From assembly GCF_022045235.1 (NCBI RefSeq), contig NW_027266264.1, positions 70,060,001 to 70,124,000 on the forward strand: a stretch of DNA of 64,000 nucleotides, written 5' to 3'. Numbering within the stretch: position 1 is the first letter of the stretch; the number at the start of each line of letters is the position of its first letter. The stretch comes from Haliotis cracherodii (taxonomy: Eukaryota). Both the position numbers and the translations under genes were made by a program. Of the stretch, positions 13,692-26,239 are shown piece after piece. A model generated the notes under the pieces. The model saw nothing but the letters and a program-made list of their open reading frames with translations. It made no database searches and had not been told where the DNA came from.

Positions 13692-14110
13692 CAAATAGCT
13701 CGAACTTCTAACATTCTGACCTTACGTAATACTGCGTGCAATCTACAAACCATTTCTCCAAACTGTATCGAATTCTTTACTATGATCAAAAAGCACAAAA
13801 CAATTTCTTTTTTTAAATCTTGAAAACTACCAATTAGAGCCAACAAAGTAGATAGTGTCTTGTGTGGAGTGAGACGCACGAACACCAGCTTGGGCTTCCC
13901 TACTAAATGAGTATAATTAAAGACTTTCTGCAGATGCTTGGAGACACTTGCAGAAGAGCTTAGCTAAGCAGCTAACAATAGAAATGCCTCTGTTATTGTC
14001 AGGATCGGCTTGGCTGCCCTTGTTTTTAAAGATGGCTCTTATATAACCATCAGATCAAGCTTGTGGAAAACCTCCATGATCTTTTAGGTTAAATACATTA
14101 ACAAAAGCCG
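13692..14110 (-). mobile_element. CR1/L2-group LINE reverse transcriptase fragment
   Basis: Reverse-strand translation FKNKG..DPDNNRGISIVSCLAKLF...QAGVRASHSTQDTIY matches non-LTR RT domains 0-2; disrupted. Confidence 0.8.
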
Positions 14111-14246
14111 GCATCATAATATGAATGAAGGCTTTGGCGTAATTGTTACTTGTATTGCTTTAACCACAAGCATTGTTATTTTGTTTTCTTGGACACACGA
14201 CATAATCTTCTCTTTAGTAACAAGACAACCCAACTCACCAGCACGA

Positions 14247-14460
14247 TGTTTTGTTTGTTTGTTTGTTGTTCTACGCCGCACTCAGCAATATTCCAGCTAT
14301 ATGACGGTGATCTGTAAATAATCGAGTCTGGACAAGAGAATCCAGTGATTGACATCATGAGCATCAATCAACGCAGTTGGGGTCGATGACCTGCATCAAC
14401 CAAGTCAGCGAGCCTGATCACCCGATCCCATTAGTCGCCTTTTACGACAAGCATAGTCGC
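14247..14460 (-). mobile_element. SINE-like family D, 5'-truncated
   Basis: Homology to the 53688 copy. Confidence 0.9.
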
Positions 14461-14528
14461 ATGTGCACCCATCACATCTACATGTACATTATCATCAGTG
14501 GTATCTCTGTCTAAATTACTAAAATAAC

Positions 14529-14786
14529 TTTTGTTTGTTTGCTTGTTGTTTAACGCCGCACTCAGCACTATTCCAGCTATATGACGGCGGTCTGTCAATA
14601 ATTGAACCTGGACAAGACAATCCAGTGATTGACATCGTGATCATCGATCCACTCAATTGGGATACGATGACATTCATCAACCAAGTCAGCGAGCCTGACC
14701 ACCAAGTCCCGTTAGTCGCCTCATACGACAAACATTGTCGTAAGCATTACAGCAAGCATGGGTTGCTGAAGACCTATTCTACCCCG
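14529..14786 (-). mobile_element. SINE-like family D
   Basis: Homology to the 53688 copy; adjacent to the previous copy in the same orientation. Confidence 0.9.
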
Positions 14787-15891
14787 ACTAAAATGACCAG
14801 ACAAATTGAATGCACCTGTTTCAAAGGGTAGCTTTTACATTCATTATCACCTGATCATTTAATGATGCTCCAGAACTTTTCGGGCACGAGACTTTTGCTT
14901 GAAACGTGATCATCAGAGTACAGACACAGTACGCGGACTAATCCCATGGCCGTGGTTCAGTGAATATGGGCTCCCCAACTATATCATAGTGGCCTGTACA
15001 TAGTCTGGGACATGAAAATCATTGACCTATTATCTAACCAAATAGGCACACAGCTGGGGCATGGTAGCCACAATCAACCGGGGTGCACATTGTGACCAAT
15101 GGACCTTCATCAGTTTCGCCTTTCGGATACATCCCTCCATCCCAATTGGAGACATGACCTTGAGGACAAAGATACGGAATCTATTGTTTAGCAATGATTT
15201 GAAAGTAACAACGTGAATACCCCTTTCAGAATGCTGATCTCAATTCGGAAAACGACGCGTGAACAAATCTCTATAGTCAAGTGAATACACATACGATGTG
15301 TTGAATACACCATTCCTCTCTGTAGCAACAAATGTATACATGAAAGGCTCCTAAACATTAAATGAACGAAGCTCCTGACAATTCCAAAAGGCAGATACAT
15401 CCTCGTACACACAATATGTAATTAGCAAAGGAAATTAGATTAGAGTCGGTCCCGTGACTGGAGCATTCTGCCATCTTCAGTTCTACAACCGGCAACCCGA
15501 GAAACACAGCTAGGCGGAACAATTGGCGAACAATTACCTAGACTTGATTAAATATTCATCCGTAAGACGTGATAGAACGATAAACGCTGTAGTCGTGTTG
15601 ACAGTGGAAGACGATGGCCAGCTTGCCGCCTCCGACCCCTTACAATTACTACTGCATTACTACAACTGTGAGTACGTTCATGCTAGTCGGAAGAGCTTTT
15701 TAATATTTAATGTGACAGCGACCGGTGTTTTGTGATTATACTGAGGAGCTGGCTCCATCCCATATGATAACCGGTTGCTAGCAGACACAGTGTGACATCA
15801 CCGCATCAGAAGTAATCTGCCGCCCGGCCCGCTCCCCGTCCGACTGTCAGCCTGCCTCGGCGACGGAGTTACGCGTACCTGCGGCAGGAGC

Positions 15892-15996
15892 ATGAATCGG
15901 CCGGGTGTCCTGGCTACGACCATCCTTCGTTCATTGATGGTCGCAGCTCTCACGTGCTACCTGGGGCAGTTTGTGAATGAACCAACGGTGATATGA
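15892..15996 (+). other. 34-codon upstream ORF (MNRPGVLATTILRSLMVAALTCYLGQFVNEPTVI) in frame with the main exon
   Basis: ATG at 15892, TGA at 15994-15996, same frame as ORF 15997-16848. Confidence 0.4.
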
Positions 15997-16032
15997 GTGA
16001 ATGGAGTTGGCTGCTGTGCCACAGTTGGGGTA

Positions 16033-16807
16033 ATGGACGAGAAGGCGGCGGCCCGTGGGCCAGGTGAGAGTGACGGGGGGTTAGAGCATGACGCAGTGAT
16101 CGAGGACACCGGGGGCGGGATACAGACTACGGAGACTAACACAAAACGAAGGAAGGGAAAATCGAAGGGGCCAGAAGTCGAGTTGATTGATAACACATCG
16201 GCAAACCAAAGTTCTAAACAAGAACAATCTTCTGTAAACCTTCCAGGCGTGCTCCCTGGTAGTACATTGAGAAATGTTGTTTACTATCAAAATCGATTCA
16301 TTGTGTTAGATACAATACCAGCTAAATCTGGCACACAGACAACGAACGGAGATGCTACAACAGATGTCCACAAGAGTGTGCTACATACCGGATGCGGTAC
16401 ACTGCGCATGTCTGAGAGAAATGCTAGTGGATCAGGCGAGAAATCGAATGAAAGAACGGCGCGTGCTGCAGGTGGAGCAGACGACAGTTTGTTGGTGCGC
16501 GGGAAAAGAGGTAAAATGGAAATGGACGCTTCATCTGTTACCATGGATGCACGTGCAATTGAAATTGTGGTAAGTGATGAATCTGACTCCCATAGGCTGC
16601 ATTCCTCGACCAGGCACCCTCTATGGAAGCGTATTACCAGCGTCATGCGAGACAACAGGATGAAGGGCAGACGTGACTGTGATGTGGTGTTGAGGGATCA
16701 TCCAGAGGAGTACATTGTACTTAAACGAGTTTTAAACATTGTGTTCGTTACAATCGGAGTAGCCCTGCTGCTGTCTGTCTTCATTGTCATCATCTACACA
16801 ACAATAG
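16033..16807 (+). CDS. First coding exon of an uncharacterised single-pass (probably type II) membrane protein
   Basis: Only long non-repetitive host-like ORF in the window; gtaATGg Kozak context at 16033; polar disordered N-terminus, then KR and hydrophobic VLNIVFVTIGVALLLSVFIVIIYTTI; donor AG|gtgaga after 16807 (phase 1). Candidate non-coding upstream exon ends at 15667 (ct|gtgagt). Confidence 0.8.
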
Positions 16808-16856
16808 GTGAGATCATTCTTTTTGTTTTACAAAAAAAGCTTATTTAAATTAATTA

Positions 16857-17241
16857 GGGACCGGTCATTTATACCGTGTGCGAAATACGCATCAGTCGGA
16901 AAGCGCACGTTAAATCTCCAAAGTAAGTAAGTAAGTAAGGTCATTTATATCGGGAATTGGGGTGTGTGGGTGTGTCAGAGGGTTTTGATGCACTAATGTA
17001 CAGAAAATATTTTCCCTTCCCTAATGGTTGTGATAATTTGGCTGACCCTCACCATGTCCTTGTACATTTTGCCCCTGAAAAACACTTTTTCATTACAAAC
17101 TGTCCATTTTTCACGACCCTCCCCGAATATGTGTTATTTTTTTACCCTCACATAGAGAATGTCATTTTTGGGGCGACCTTCCCCCGATTCCCACTGACCC
17201 CCACCCCTATCCAACCCACTCTATAATAAATTACCAGTTCC
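16857..17241. mobile_element. PIF/Harbinger-type MITE
   Basis: 15-bp imperfect TIRs gggaccggtcattta / taaattaccagttcc with TTA on both sides. Confidence 0.6.
16874..16938 (+). mobile_element. 65-bp 5'-truncated non-LTR retroelement 3' end nested in the MITE
   Basis: 11-bp TSD ggtcatttata (16863-16873, 16939-16949); cgtgtgc/gcgcacg stem, ttaaa, then (AAGT)n tail. Confidence 0.7.
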
Positions 17242-18230
17242 TTAGATTGACTCAAAGTCTTTTTCAAATTAAATATTTGTCATAATTGTTAAAAATTTAT
17301 TAGAATGTTTTCGTATACACGGTATGTCTATGAAGTGTATTTCATTGAATATTATATCGGCGAAATGAGAACAGCGAAATGTTTTCAGGTGAAATATTAG
17401 TACTCCGCAAAAGAGTGAATATCCGTGAGTTCTAAATCTGAGAGGATGGTCGTGCCGATGATGGATGATTATGGACGTGGCTTGGTTACTTTCATATGAT
17501 AGTTGTTCTTGGACGTGGCAGCCAGACTTGACAGGGAAACTGTTTCACTGCATTCTGTATGGCGCTGTCTGGCGACAGGAGGCACCTAGTCGCTGTGCAC
17601 CAGTTCGGTATATAGTCCACAGTGTGTGTGTGTGTGCTACATGAGATGGATGTGGAGATGTAACCACTTACAGTGTGTTACAACATGGAGGTGGTTTTTA
17701 AATGTGGAAAAAGGACATCGTCGCAAATTGCCAGTGAATGTTTTGTTCAATCGATAGTTTGCTTGAGATGTCGATCTGCGGCAGTAGGCGCTCTTTATCA
17801 AGGTTTTGGGTTGGAAATTGAGTTTTAGCAAGAACGATTGAATTTCAAGGATCTCATGTGTGCAGTTTACTGCGTATTTGACATTGATTGTCAAGTTAAG
17901 CAGGAGTTGCTTGTTCAAGTGGCCGGCGTATTTAGCACATTGAGTATAGTTTGTATCCTGTTTACTTATACACAGATACGATCGGAGCTTAGGAAAGACA
18001 TCAATCTTAGCTTTGTTCCGTGTCCTGTAGCAATGATTACTTGCTTAAGTCCCTATAGATGGACCAACAGTTGATAGCGGAGTCGGCGTACTGTCTAATT
18101 GTCTTAAGTAGAACGTGTCTGGCACAGATAGAGACACCGGACATTGGTCGTCTACCCAGTGGTGGATGTACGTGTCCTGCAAATATTTTATTGAAGGACA
18201 TTTTAATTTGTTGAACGTGTCCTGCAAATA

Positions 18231-18900
18231 TTTAGATGATTGACATGGTATTCTATCTAGTCTTGGATGTACGTGTCCTGGACATTTTAGTCTGCCCAGT
18301 CACGGCGGACCGTGTCCTGCTAAGATTTAGATGATTGACATGGTATTCTATCTAGTCTTGGATGTACGTTTCCTGGACATTTTAGTCTGCCCAGTCACGG
18401 CGGACCGTGCCCTGCTAAGATTTAGATGATTGACATGGTATTCTATCTAGTCTTGGATGTACGTTTCCTGGACATTTTAGTCTGCCCAGTCACGACGGAC
18501 CGTGTCCTGTCAAGATTTAGATGATTGACATGGTATTCTATCTAATCTTGGATGTACGTTTCCTGGACATTTTAGTCTGCCCAGTCACGGCGGACCGTGT
18601 CCTGCTAAGATTTAGATGATTGACATGGTATTCTATCTAGTCTTGGATGTACGTGTCATGGACATTCTAGTCAGCCCAGTCACGGCGGACCGTGCCCTGC
18701 TAAGATTTAGATGATTGACATGGTATTCTATCTAGTCTTGGATGTACGTTTCCATGACATTTTAGTCTGTCCAGTCACGGCGGACCGTGCCCTGCTAAGA
18801 TTTAGATGATTGACATGGTATTCTATCTAGCCTTGGATGTACGTGTCCTGCAAATATTTAGTTGGACATTTTAGTCTGCGGACCGTGTCCTGCAAAGACT
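18231..18900. repeat. 95-bp tandem repeat, about 7 copies
   Basis: tttagatgat at 18231, 18326, 18421 and 18516. Confidence 0.92.
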
Positions 18901-18979
18901 TAGATGGTTGAAATCGTTGACATAGCCTTGGTTGTACAGCAAAGAGTTTAATTAAGGACACAGTAGTTACACAGTCTCG

Positions 18980-21900
18980 GCTGTACCTGACCTGCACACA
19001 GTCTTGACGTGGTATTCTGGACATGCTCCATTATAAGGCTGTACGTGTCCTGCACACAGTCTTGACGTGGTATTCTGGACATGCCCCATTGTAAGGCTGT
19101 ACGTGTCCTGCACACCCTCTTGACGTGGTATTCTTGACATGCCCCATTATTAGACTGTACGTGTCCTGCACACAGTCTTGCCGTGGTATTCTTGACATGC
19201 TCCATTATAAGGCTGTACGTGTCCTGCACACAGTCTTGACGTGGTATTCTTGACATGCTCCATTATAAGGCTGTACGTGTCCTGCACACAGTCTTGACGT
19301 GGTATTCTGGACATGCTCCATTATTAGGCTGTACGTGTCCTGCACACAGTCTTGACGTGGTATTCTGGACATGCTCCATTATAAGGCTGTACGTGTCCTG
19401 CACACAGTCTTGACGTGGTATTCTGGACATGCTCCATTATAAGGCTGTACGTGTCCTGCACACAGTCTTGACGTGGTATTCTGGACATGCCCCATTGTAA
19501 GGCTGTACGTGTCCTGCACACAGTCTTGACGTGGTATTCTGGACATGCTCCATTATTAGGCTGTACGTGTCCTGCACACAGTCTTGACGTGGTATTCTGG
19601 ACATGCTCCATTATTAGGCTGTACGTGTCCTGCACACAGTCTTGACGTGGTATTCTGGACATGCCCCATTATAAGGCTGTACCTGACCTGCACACAGTCT
19701 TGACGTGGTATTCTGGACATGCTCCATTATAAGGCTGTACGTGACCTGCACACAGTCTTGACATGGTATTCTGGACATGCCCCATTATAAGGCTGTACCT
19801 GACCTGCACACAGTCTTGACGTGGTATTCTGGACATGCTCCATTATAAGGCTGTACGTGTCCTGCACACAGTCTTGACATGGTATTCTTGACATGCTCCA
19901 TTATTAGGCTGTACGTGTCCTGCACACAGTCTTGACGTGGTATTCTGGACATGCTCCATTATAAGGCTGTACCTGACCTGCACACAGTCTTGACATGGTA
20001 TTCTGGACATGCTCCATTATAAGGCTGTACGTGTCCTGCACACAGTCTTGACGTGGTATTCTGGACATGCTCCATTATAAGGCTGTACGTGTCCTGCACA
20101 CAGTCTTGACATGGTATTCTGGACATGCTCCATTATAAGGCTGTACCTGACCTGCAAACAGTCTTGACGTGGTATTCTGGACATGCTCCATTATAAGGCT
20201 GTACGTGTCCTGCACACAGTCTTGACGTGGTATTCTGGACATGCTCCATTATAAGGCTGTACCTGACCTGCAAACAGTCTTGACGTGGTATTCTGGACAT
20301 GCTCCATTATAAGGCTGTACGTGTCCTGCACACAGTCTTGACGTGGTATTCTGGACATGCTCCATTATAAGGCTGTACCTGACCTGCAAACAGTCTTGAC
20401 GTGGTATTCTGGACATGCTCCATTATAAGGCTGTACCTGACCTGCACACAGTCTTGACGTGGTATTCTGGACATGCTCCATTATAAGGCTGTACGTGTCC
20501 TGCACACAGTCTTGACGTGGTATTCTGGACATGCCCCATTATAAGGCTGTACGTGTCCTGCACACCTTTTTGACGTGGTATTCTTGACATGCCCCATTAT
20601 TAGGCTGTACGTGTCCTGCACACAGTCTTGACGTGGTATTCTGGACATGCTCCATTATAAGGCTGTACGTGTCCTGCACACAGTCTTGACGTGGTATTCT
20701 GGACATGCCCCATTATAAGGCTGTACGTGTCCTGCACACCTTCTTGACGTGGTATTCTTGACATGCCCCATTATTAGGCTGTACGTGTCCTGCACACAGT
20801 CTTGACGTGGTATTCTGGACATGCTCCATTATAAGGCTGTACGTGTCCTGCACACAGTCTTGACGTGGTATTCTGGACATGCTCCATTATAAGGCTGTAC
20901 GTGTCCTGCACACAGTCTTGACGTGGTATTCTGGACATGCTCCATTATAAGGCTGTACGTGACCTGCACACAGTCTTGACGTGGTATTCTGGACATGCCC
21001 CATTGTAAGGCTGTACGTGTCCTGCACACAGTCTTGACGTGGTATTCTGGACATGCTCCATTATAAGGCTGTACGTGTCCTGCACACAGTCTTGACGTGG
21101 TATTCTGGACATGCTCCATTATAAGGCTGTACGTGTCCTGCACACAGTCTTGACGTGGTATTCTGGACATGCTCCATTAAAAGGCTGTACGTGTCCTGCA
21201 CACAGTCTTGACGTGGTATTCTGGACATGCTCCATTATAAGGCTGTACGTGACCTGCACACAGTCTTGACGTGGTATTCTGGACATGCTCCATTATAAGG
21301 CTGTACGTGTCCTGCACACAGTCTTGACGTGGTATTCTGGACATGCTCCATTATAAGGCTGTACGTGTCCTGCACACAGTCTTGACGTGGTATTCTGGAC
21401 ATGCCCCATTGTAAGGCTGTACGTGTCCTGCACACCCTCTTGACGTGGTATTCTTGACATGCCCCATTATTAGACTGTACGTGTCCTGCACACAGTCTTG
21501 ACGTGGTATTCTTGACATGCTCCATTATTAGGCTGTACGTGTCCTGCACACAGTCTTGACGTGGTATTCTGGACATGCCCCATTATAAGGCTGTACGTGT
21601 CCTGCACACAGTCTTGACGTGGTATTCTGGACATGACCCATTATAAGGCTGTACGTGTCCTGCACACAGTCTTGACATGCCCCATTATTAGGCTGTACGT
21701 GTCCTGCACACAGTCTTGACATGCTCCATTATAAGGCTGTACGTGTCCTGCACACAGTCTTGACGTGGTATTCTGGACATGACCCATTATAAGGCTGTAC
21801 GTGTCCTGCACACAGTCTTGACATGCCCCATTATTAGGCTGTACGTGTCCTGCACATAGTCTTGACGTGGTATTCTTGACATGCCCCATTATAAGGCTGT

Positions 21901-22080
21901 ACGTGTCCTGCACACAGTATTGACGTGGTATTCTTGACATGCCCCATTATTAGGCTGTACGTGTCCTGCACACAGTCTTGACGTGGTTTTCTGGACATGC
22001 CCCATTATTAGGCTGTACGTGTCCTGCACACAGTCTTGACGTGGTTTTCTGGACATGCCCCATTATTAGGCTGTACGTGT
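18980..22080. repeat. 58-bp satellite (ggctgtacgtgtcctgcacacagtcttgacgtggtattctggacatgctccattataa), about 53 copies
   Basis: Direct periodicity; 44-bp deletion variants around 21650-21830. Confidence 0.97.
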
Positions 22081-22338
22081 AGGTATTTAAACAGAAAATG
22101 TATTAATGCACCTCCAGCCTGGCCCCACAGTGTACATACATATACGTATGCAAGAGGATTGATATCATTACGAGTCAGCCGCGCACGCTGGGCCTGGGTA
22201 GGTGGACAGTATTGTAGGAGTTCGTGTTTTGGTTCACGTCCTTGTGAAAAAGGTGAACTGGGGAAATTGTTCTTTTGTTTTAGGAAACAATCAATACAAT
22301 TACTGGCGCAGACCTCATACGATTAGATGATGTGTTAA

Positions 22339-22635
22339 GTGAGTGACTGGGTTGGGTTTAGCGTCGCTTTTAACAGTATTCCACTTATATCGCGGCGTGT
22401 CAGCTTAATGTGGGAGGAAAGCCCGAAGTGATGCAGGTCTCAGACGTATACCACTTCGGTGAAACCCAGGAGCACGGGTATGGTGATGACAAACCTAGAA
22501 ACATAATCGGGGCAAACCGGGATTCGAACCCACAACCATAGGTTTCTGGCGTGCTCAATGGACACAACTCTGCGCAGCGAACTGCGGCGCCTTGAACGAC
22601 TGGTCTCCCGTGCTCCCCCCCCCCCCCCCCCCCCC
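22339..22635 (-). mobile_element. tRNA-derived SINE family B with a long G-run at its 5' end
   Basis: Reverse complement of 42378-42653; C-run at 22615-22635. Confidence 0.92.
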
Positions 22636-22755
22636 GATCATCTGAAAGATACATTTTTTTCTTCGACATTACCAGGATGACACCAGAACCAATGACGAGA
22701 TTCTCTTCTGTACCAACCATCCTCTACCTAGACCTTCCGTCATGTACCGTTACCG

Positions 22756-23075
22756 GTGAGGTGAAATTGGTTTTAACGCCGCGTCCAACATTATTGCACT
22801 TATATAGCGACGTGCATGTGTGTGGCAGCTTGTACTAGTCCGGACTAATGTCGATTTTATAGTGCTAGCCCACTAAGAAACCATGCCGCACTTTAACATG
22901 AATACCCCCCTCAGACACAGTGTACTGTCTCCGAGCCGACCAGTCCTGGTTTTAGCCCCTTAATGCCGAGCACCCTTAATGCCAGGATAACATCTTTTCA
23001 CGTCTTTTGGTATGACGTGGCCGGGGATCGAACCCCGGACCTTCCGCTCTCAAGGCAGACGTTTACGGAGGCCGT
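22756..23075 (-). mobile_element. MetaSINE-type SINE (family C)
   Basis: Homology to the 28503 copy, including head and tail. Confidence 0.9.
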
Positions 23076-23169
23076 GGTACCTCTACTGACACCGGTGTTA
23101 ACATTCTCAGAACAGCGACTTCTATTCTTCTCCATTCTCGTGGGGACTCAAGGGAAGAATACATCTTCG

Positions 23170-23345
23170 TTGCGACGTGTGTCGCAGGAGTCGACTGATT
23201 AGGTTCAGACGGTCGTGTGTTCTGACTAATTGTGTGTAAACCGTACTCCGATATCACGTATTGTCGTGCGTCGGTCGCTGGTTTACCTGACTGAGACTAT
23301 TTACAGGCCACACTTGATACAGCTGGATGTACTGCTCACTCACGA
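23170..23345 (+). mobile_element. Old relative of SINE-like family D
   Basis: gtgtcgcaggagtcgactga...gactatttacaggcc...tacagctgga resembles family D motifs. Confidence 0.45.
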
Positions 23346-23593
23346 CATAGACCCCGTATATTTGAAGAGGTTGTTTCAGCCACAATAATATTCTGATGTG
23401 ACTGATAGTTGTTACGAATAGGTTAATTTAAAATTAAAAATCAGCAGTCAAAGTTAGCTTTGCATACGCTGCATCTTTTTCGATGTCTGTGAATTATCTC
23501 AGAATAAATACCCACACTCGTATGGAGCGCCCAGCCTGGGTCGATATTCATATCTTTAAGTAATTGAAGCGTTGACTGACTTAGTGGTTGAGG

Positions 23594-23875
23594 GTGAGTG
23601 AGGGAGTCTGGTTTAATAAACTTTAATTTCAGTTACAAGTTATACAGTTATATCGCGACGCTTTCGAATATTATGGAAGGAATGGCCAATGTGACACTGG
23701 CTCAAACACTTTTGTCACCTTTGTGAAGCTGAGCACGGGAATCCTGAGTAGGAGTAAGGATCATAATCAGGGTGAATCTAGAATTCGAACCCACGATCAA
23801 CGGATCCTGACATTATAGGGTACGTAACTCTGAAAAACAATGGTCGACGTCAGACCACCCGGCCCTCTGTCCCCT
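23594..23875 (-). mobile_element. Highly diverged SINE family B copy
   Basis: gagcacggg...cataatcagggtgaatc...attcgaacccac blocks match family B. Confidence 0.65.
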
Positions 23876-24765
23876 CTCGTTGTCATGGTAACATGGTAAT
23901 GTTTTATCTTTAGGATAGCCTTCGCAAATGTAATGCGCGTAGGGCCACTTTAGGTAGCACTATGTCCCTTGTGTGCAACGACACTTTAGCACGGTAGTTC
24001 AGTAAGTCACCGTGTGCCGCCTACAGCGAGCAGAACACAGTGCAAGAGAGCTAACACCATAACACACATCTTCAAGCTTTGCGATTAAGCCTGAATTGTA
24101 GGCGAGTTGATCCGAGCTGGTCGGATATAGGGCTTTCTATTGGCGATTTTGCCGGCTTCATCCGCATTACGATTAGTATCACTGATTCGTGCTTGTTTGG
24201 CGATGAAGACAATAGATGCTAGCTTTCCAACGAGGATCGCCAACGCGCACGATCAGGTAGCGGCTTGACGTTAGCGTTGCCAGTAGAAACGTATCACAAG
24301 TTACACCGTCGACATAATGAGAAGTAGTGGGAAATATTAAGAAACCAACTGGTTCTAGTCCCAGCAGAGTAACAATTAGCGTAGCGTAAGTGTCGTATAG
24401 CGAAGCAGATTACGCCTAGGAAGACATTCATCGCCGGGTGACTTTATGTGTAAACCATTAAATATGAACTTTAGGAGCTCATTACGAATGTAAAGATCGC
24501 TTTGTCTCTGTTGCCATCAACCACTGGTTGATATGAGGTGAAATATTGCACGGAGGTCGGTGCTAAAAGACATTTCAGGCATAATTGGAATTTATTCTGC
24601 TCTCGTCTATCAAGGATGAAGGACTGTCGGAGTCATAAAGTGGAATGTTGATGAAATATACTGGATATTTGATCGACTACCAGCTGGTTTCAGATGATAA
24701 AGGCTTCCAGATAGTATTTCCAAAATGGCTTTGTGGAAGACAGTGTGCTTCCTATCTCGCTACTG

Positions 24766-26238
24766 GTATCTGCGTATATCGTATACCTTACCTCAGTATC
24801 TGCGTACGTCTTATCTCTTACCTCAGTATCTGCGTACGTCTTATCCCTTACCTCAGTATCTGCGTATATGTTATCCCTTACCTCAGTATCTGCGTATATC
24901 TTATGCCTTACCTTTGTATCTGCGTATATCTTATCCCTTACCTCAGTATCTGCGTATATGTTATCCCTTACCTCAGTATCTGCGTACGTCTTATCTCTTA
25001 CCTTAGTATCTGCGTACGTCTTATCCCTTACCTCAGTATCTGCGTATATGTTATCCCTTACCTCAGTATCTGCGCATATGTTATCCCTTACCTCAGTATC
25101 TGCGTATATCTTATGCCTTACCTCAGTATCTGCGTACGTCTTATCTCTTACCTCAGTATCTGCGTACGTCTGATCCCTTACCTCAGTATCTGCGTATATG
25201 TTATCCCTTACCTTAATATCTGCGTATGTCTTATCCCTTGCCTCAGTATCTGCGTATATCTTATCCTTACCTCAGTACTTGCGTATATATTACCCTTACC
25301 TCAGTACCTGCGTATATGTTATCCCTTACCTCAGTATCTGCGTATATGTTATCCCTTACCTTAGCATCTGCGTATATCTTATGCCTTACCTCTGTATCTG
25401 CGTACGTCTTATCCCTTACCCCAGTATCTGCGTACGTCTTATCCCTAACCTCAGTATCTACGTATATGTTATCCCTTACCTCAGTACCTGCGTATATGTT
25501 ATCCCTTACCTCAGTATCTGCCTACATCTATCCTTACCTCAGTATCTGCGTACGTCTTATCCCTAACCTCAGTATCTGCGTATATGTTATCCCTAACCTC
25601 AGTATCTACGTATATGTTATCCCTTACCTCAGTATCTGCGTACATCTTATTCATAACCTCAGTATCTGCGTACGTCTTATCCCTAACCTCAGTATCTGCG
25701 TATGTGTTATCCCTAACCTCAGTACCTGCGTATATGTTATCCCTTAGCTCAGTATCTGCGTATATGTTATCCCTTACCTCAGGATCTGGGAATATGTTAT
25801 CCCTTACCTCAGTATCAGCGTACGTCTTATCCCTAACCTCAGTATCTACGTATATGTTATCCCTTACCTCAGTATCTGCGTATATGTTATCCCTAACCTC
25901 AGTATCTACGTATATGTTATCCCTTACCTCAGTACCTGGGTATATGTTATCCCTTACCTCAGTATCTGCGTATATGTTATCCCTTAGCTCAGTATCTGCG
26001 TATATGTTATCCCTTACCTCAGTATCTGCGTATATGTTATCCCTTACCTCAGTATCTGCTTACGTCTTATCCCTAACCTCAGTATCTACGTATATGTTAT
26101 CCCTTACCTCAGGATCTGCGTATATGTTATCCCTTACCTCAGTATCTGCGTAATATTATCCCTTACCTCAGTATCTACGTACATGTTATCCCTTTCCCCA
26201 GTATCTGCGTATATGTTATCCCTTACCTCAGTATCTGT
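24766..26238. repeat. 30-bp minisatellite (cttacctcagtatctgcgtatatgttatcc), about 49 copies
   Basis: Direct periodicity. Confidence 0.95.
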
Positions 26239-26239
26239 G

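Noticed and set aside
18980-22080. CRISPR-like regular array
   Set aside because: Head-to-tail repeats with no unique spacers, no cas genes, eukaryotic context
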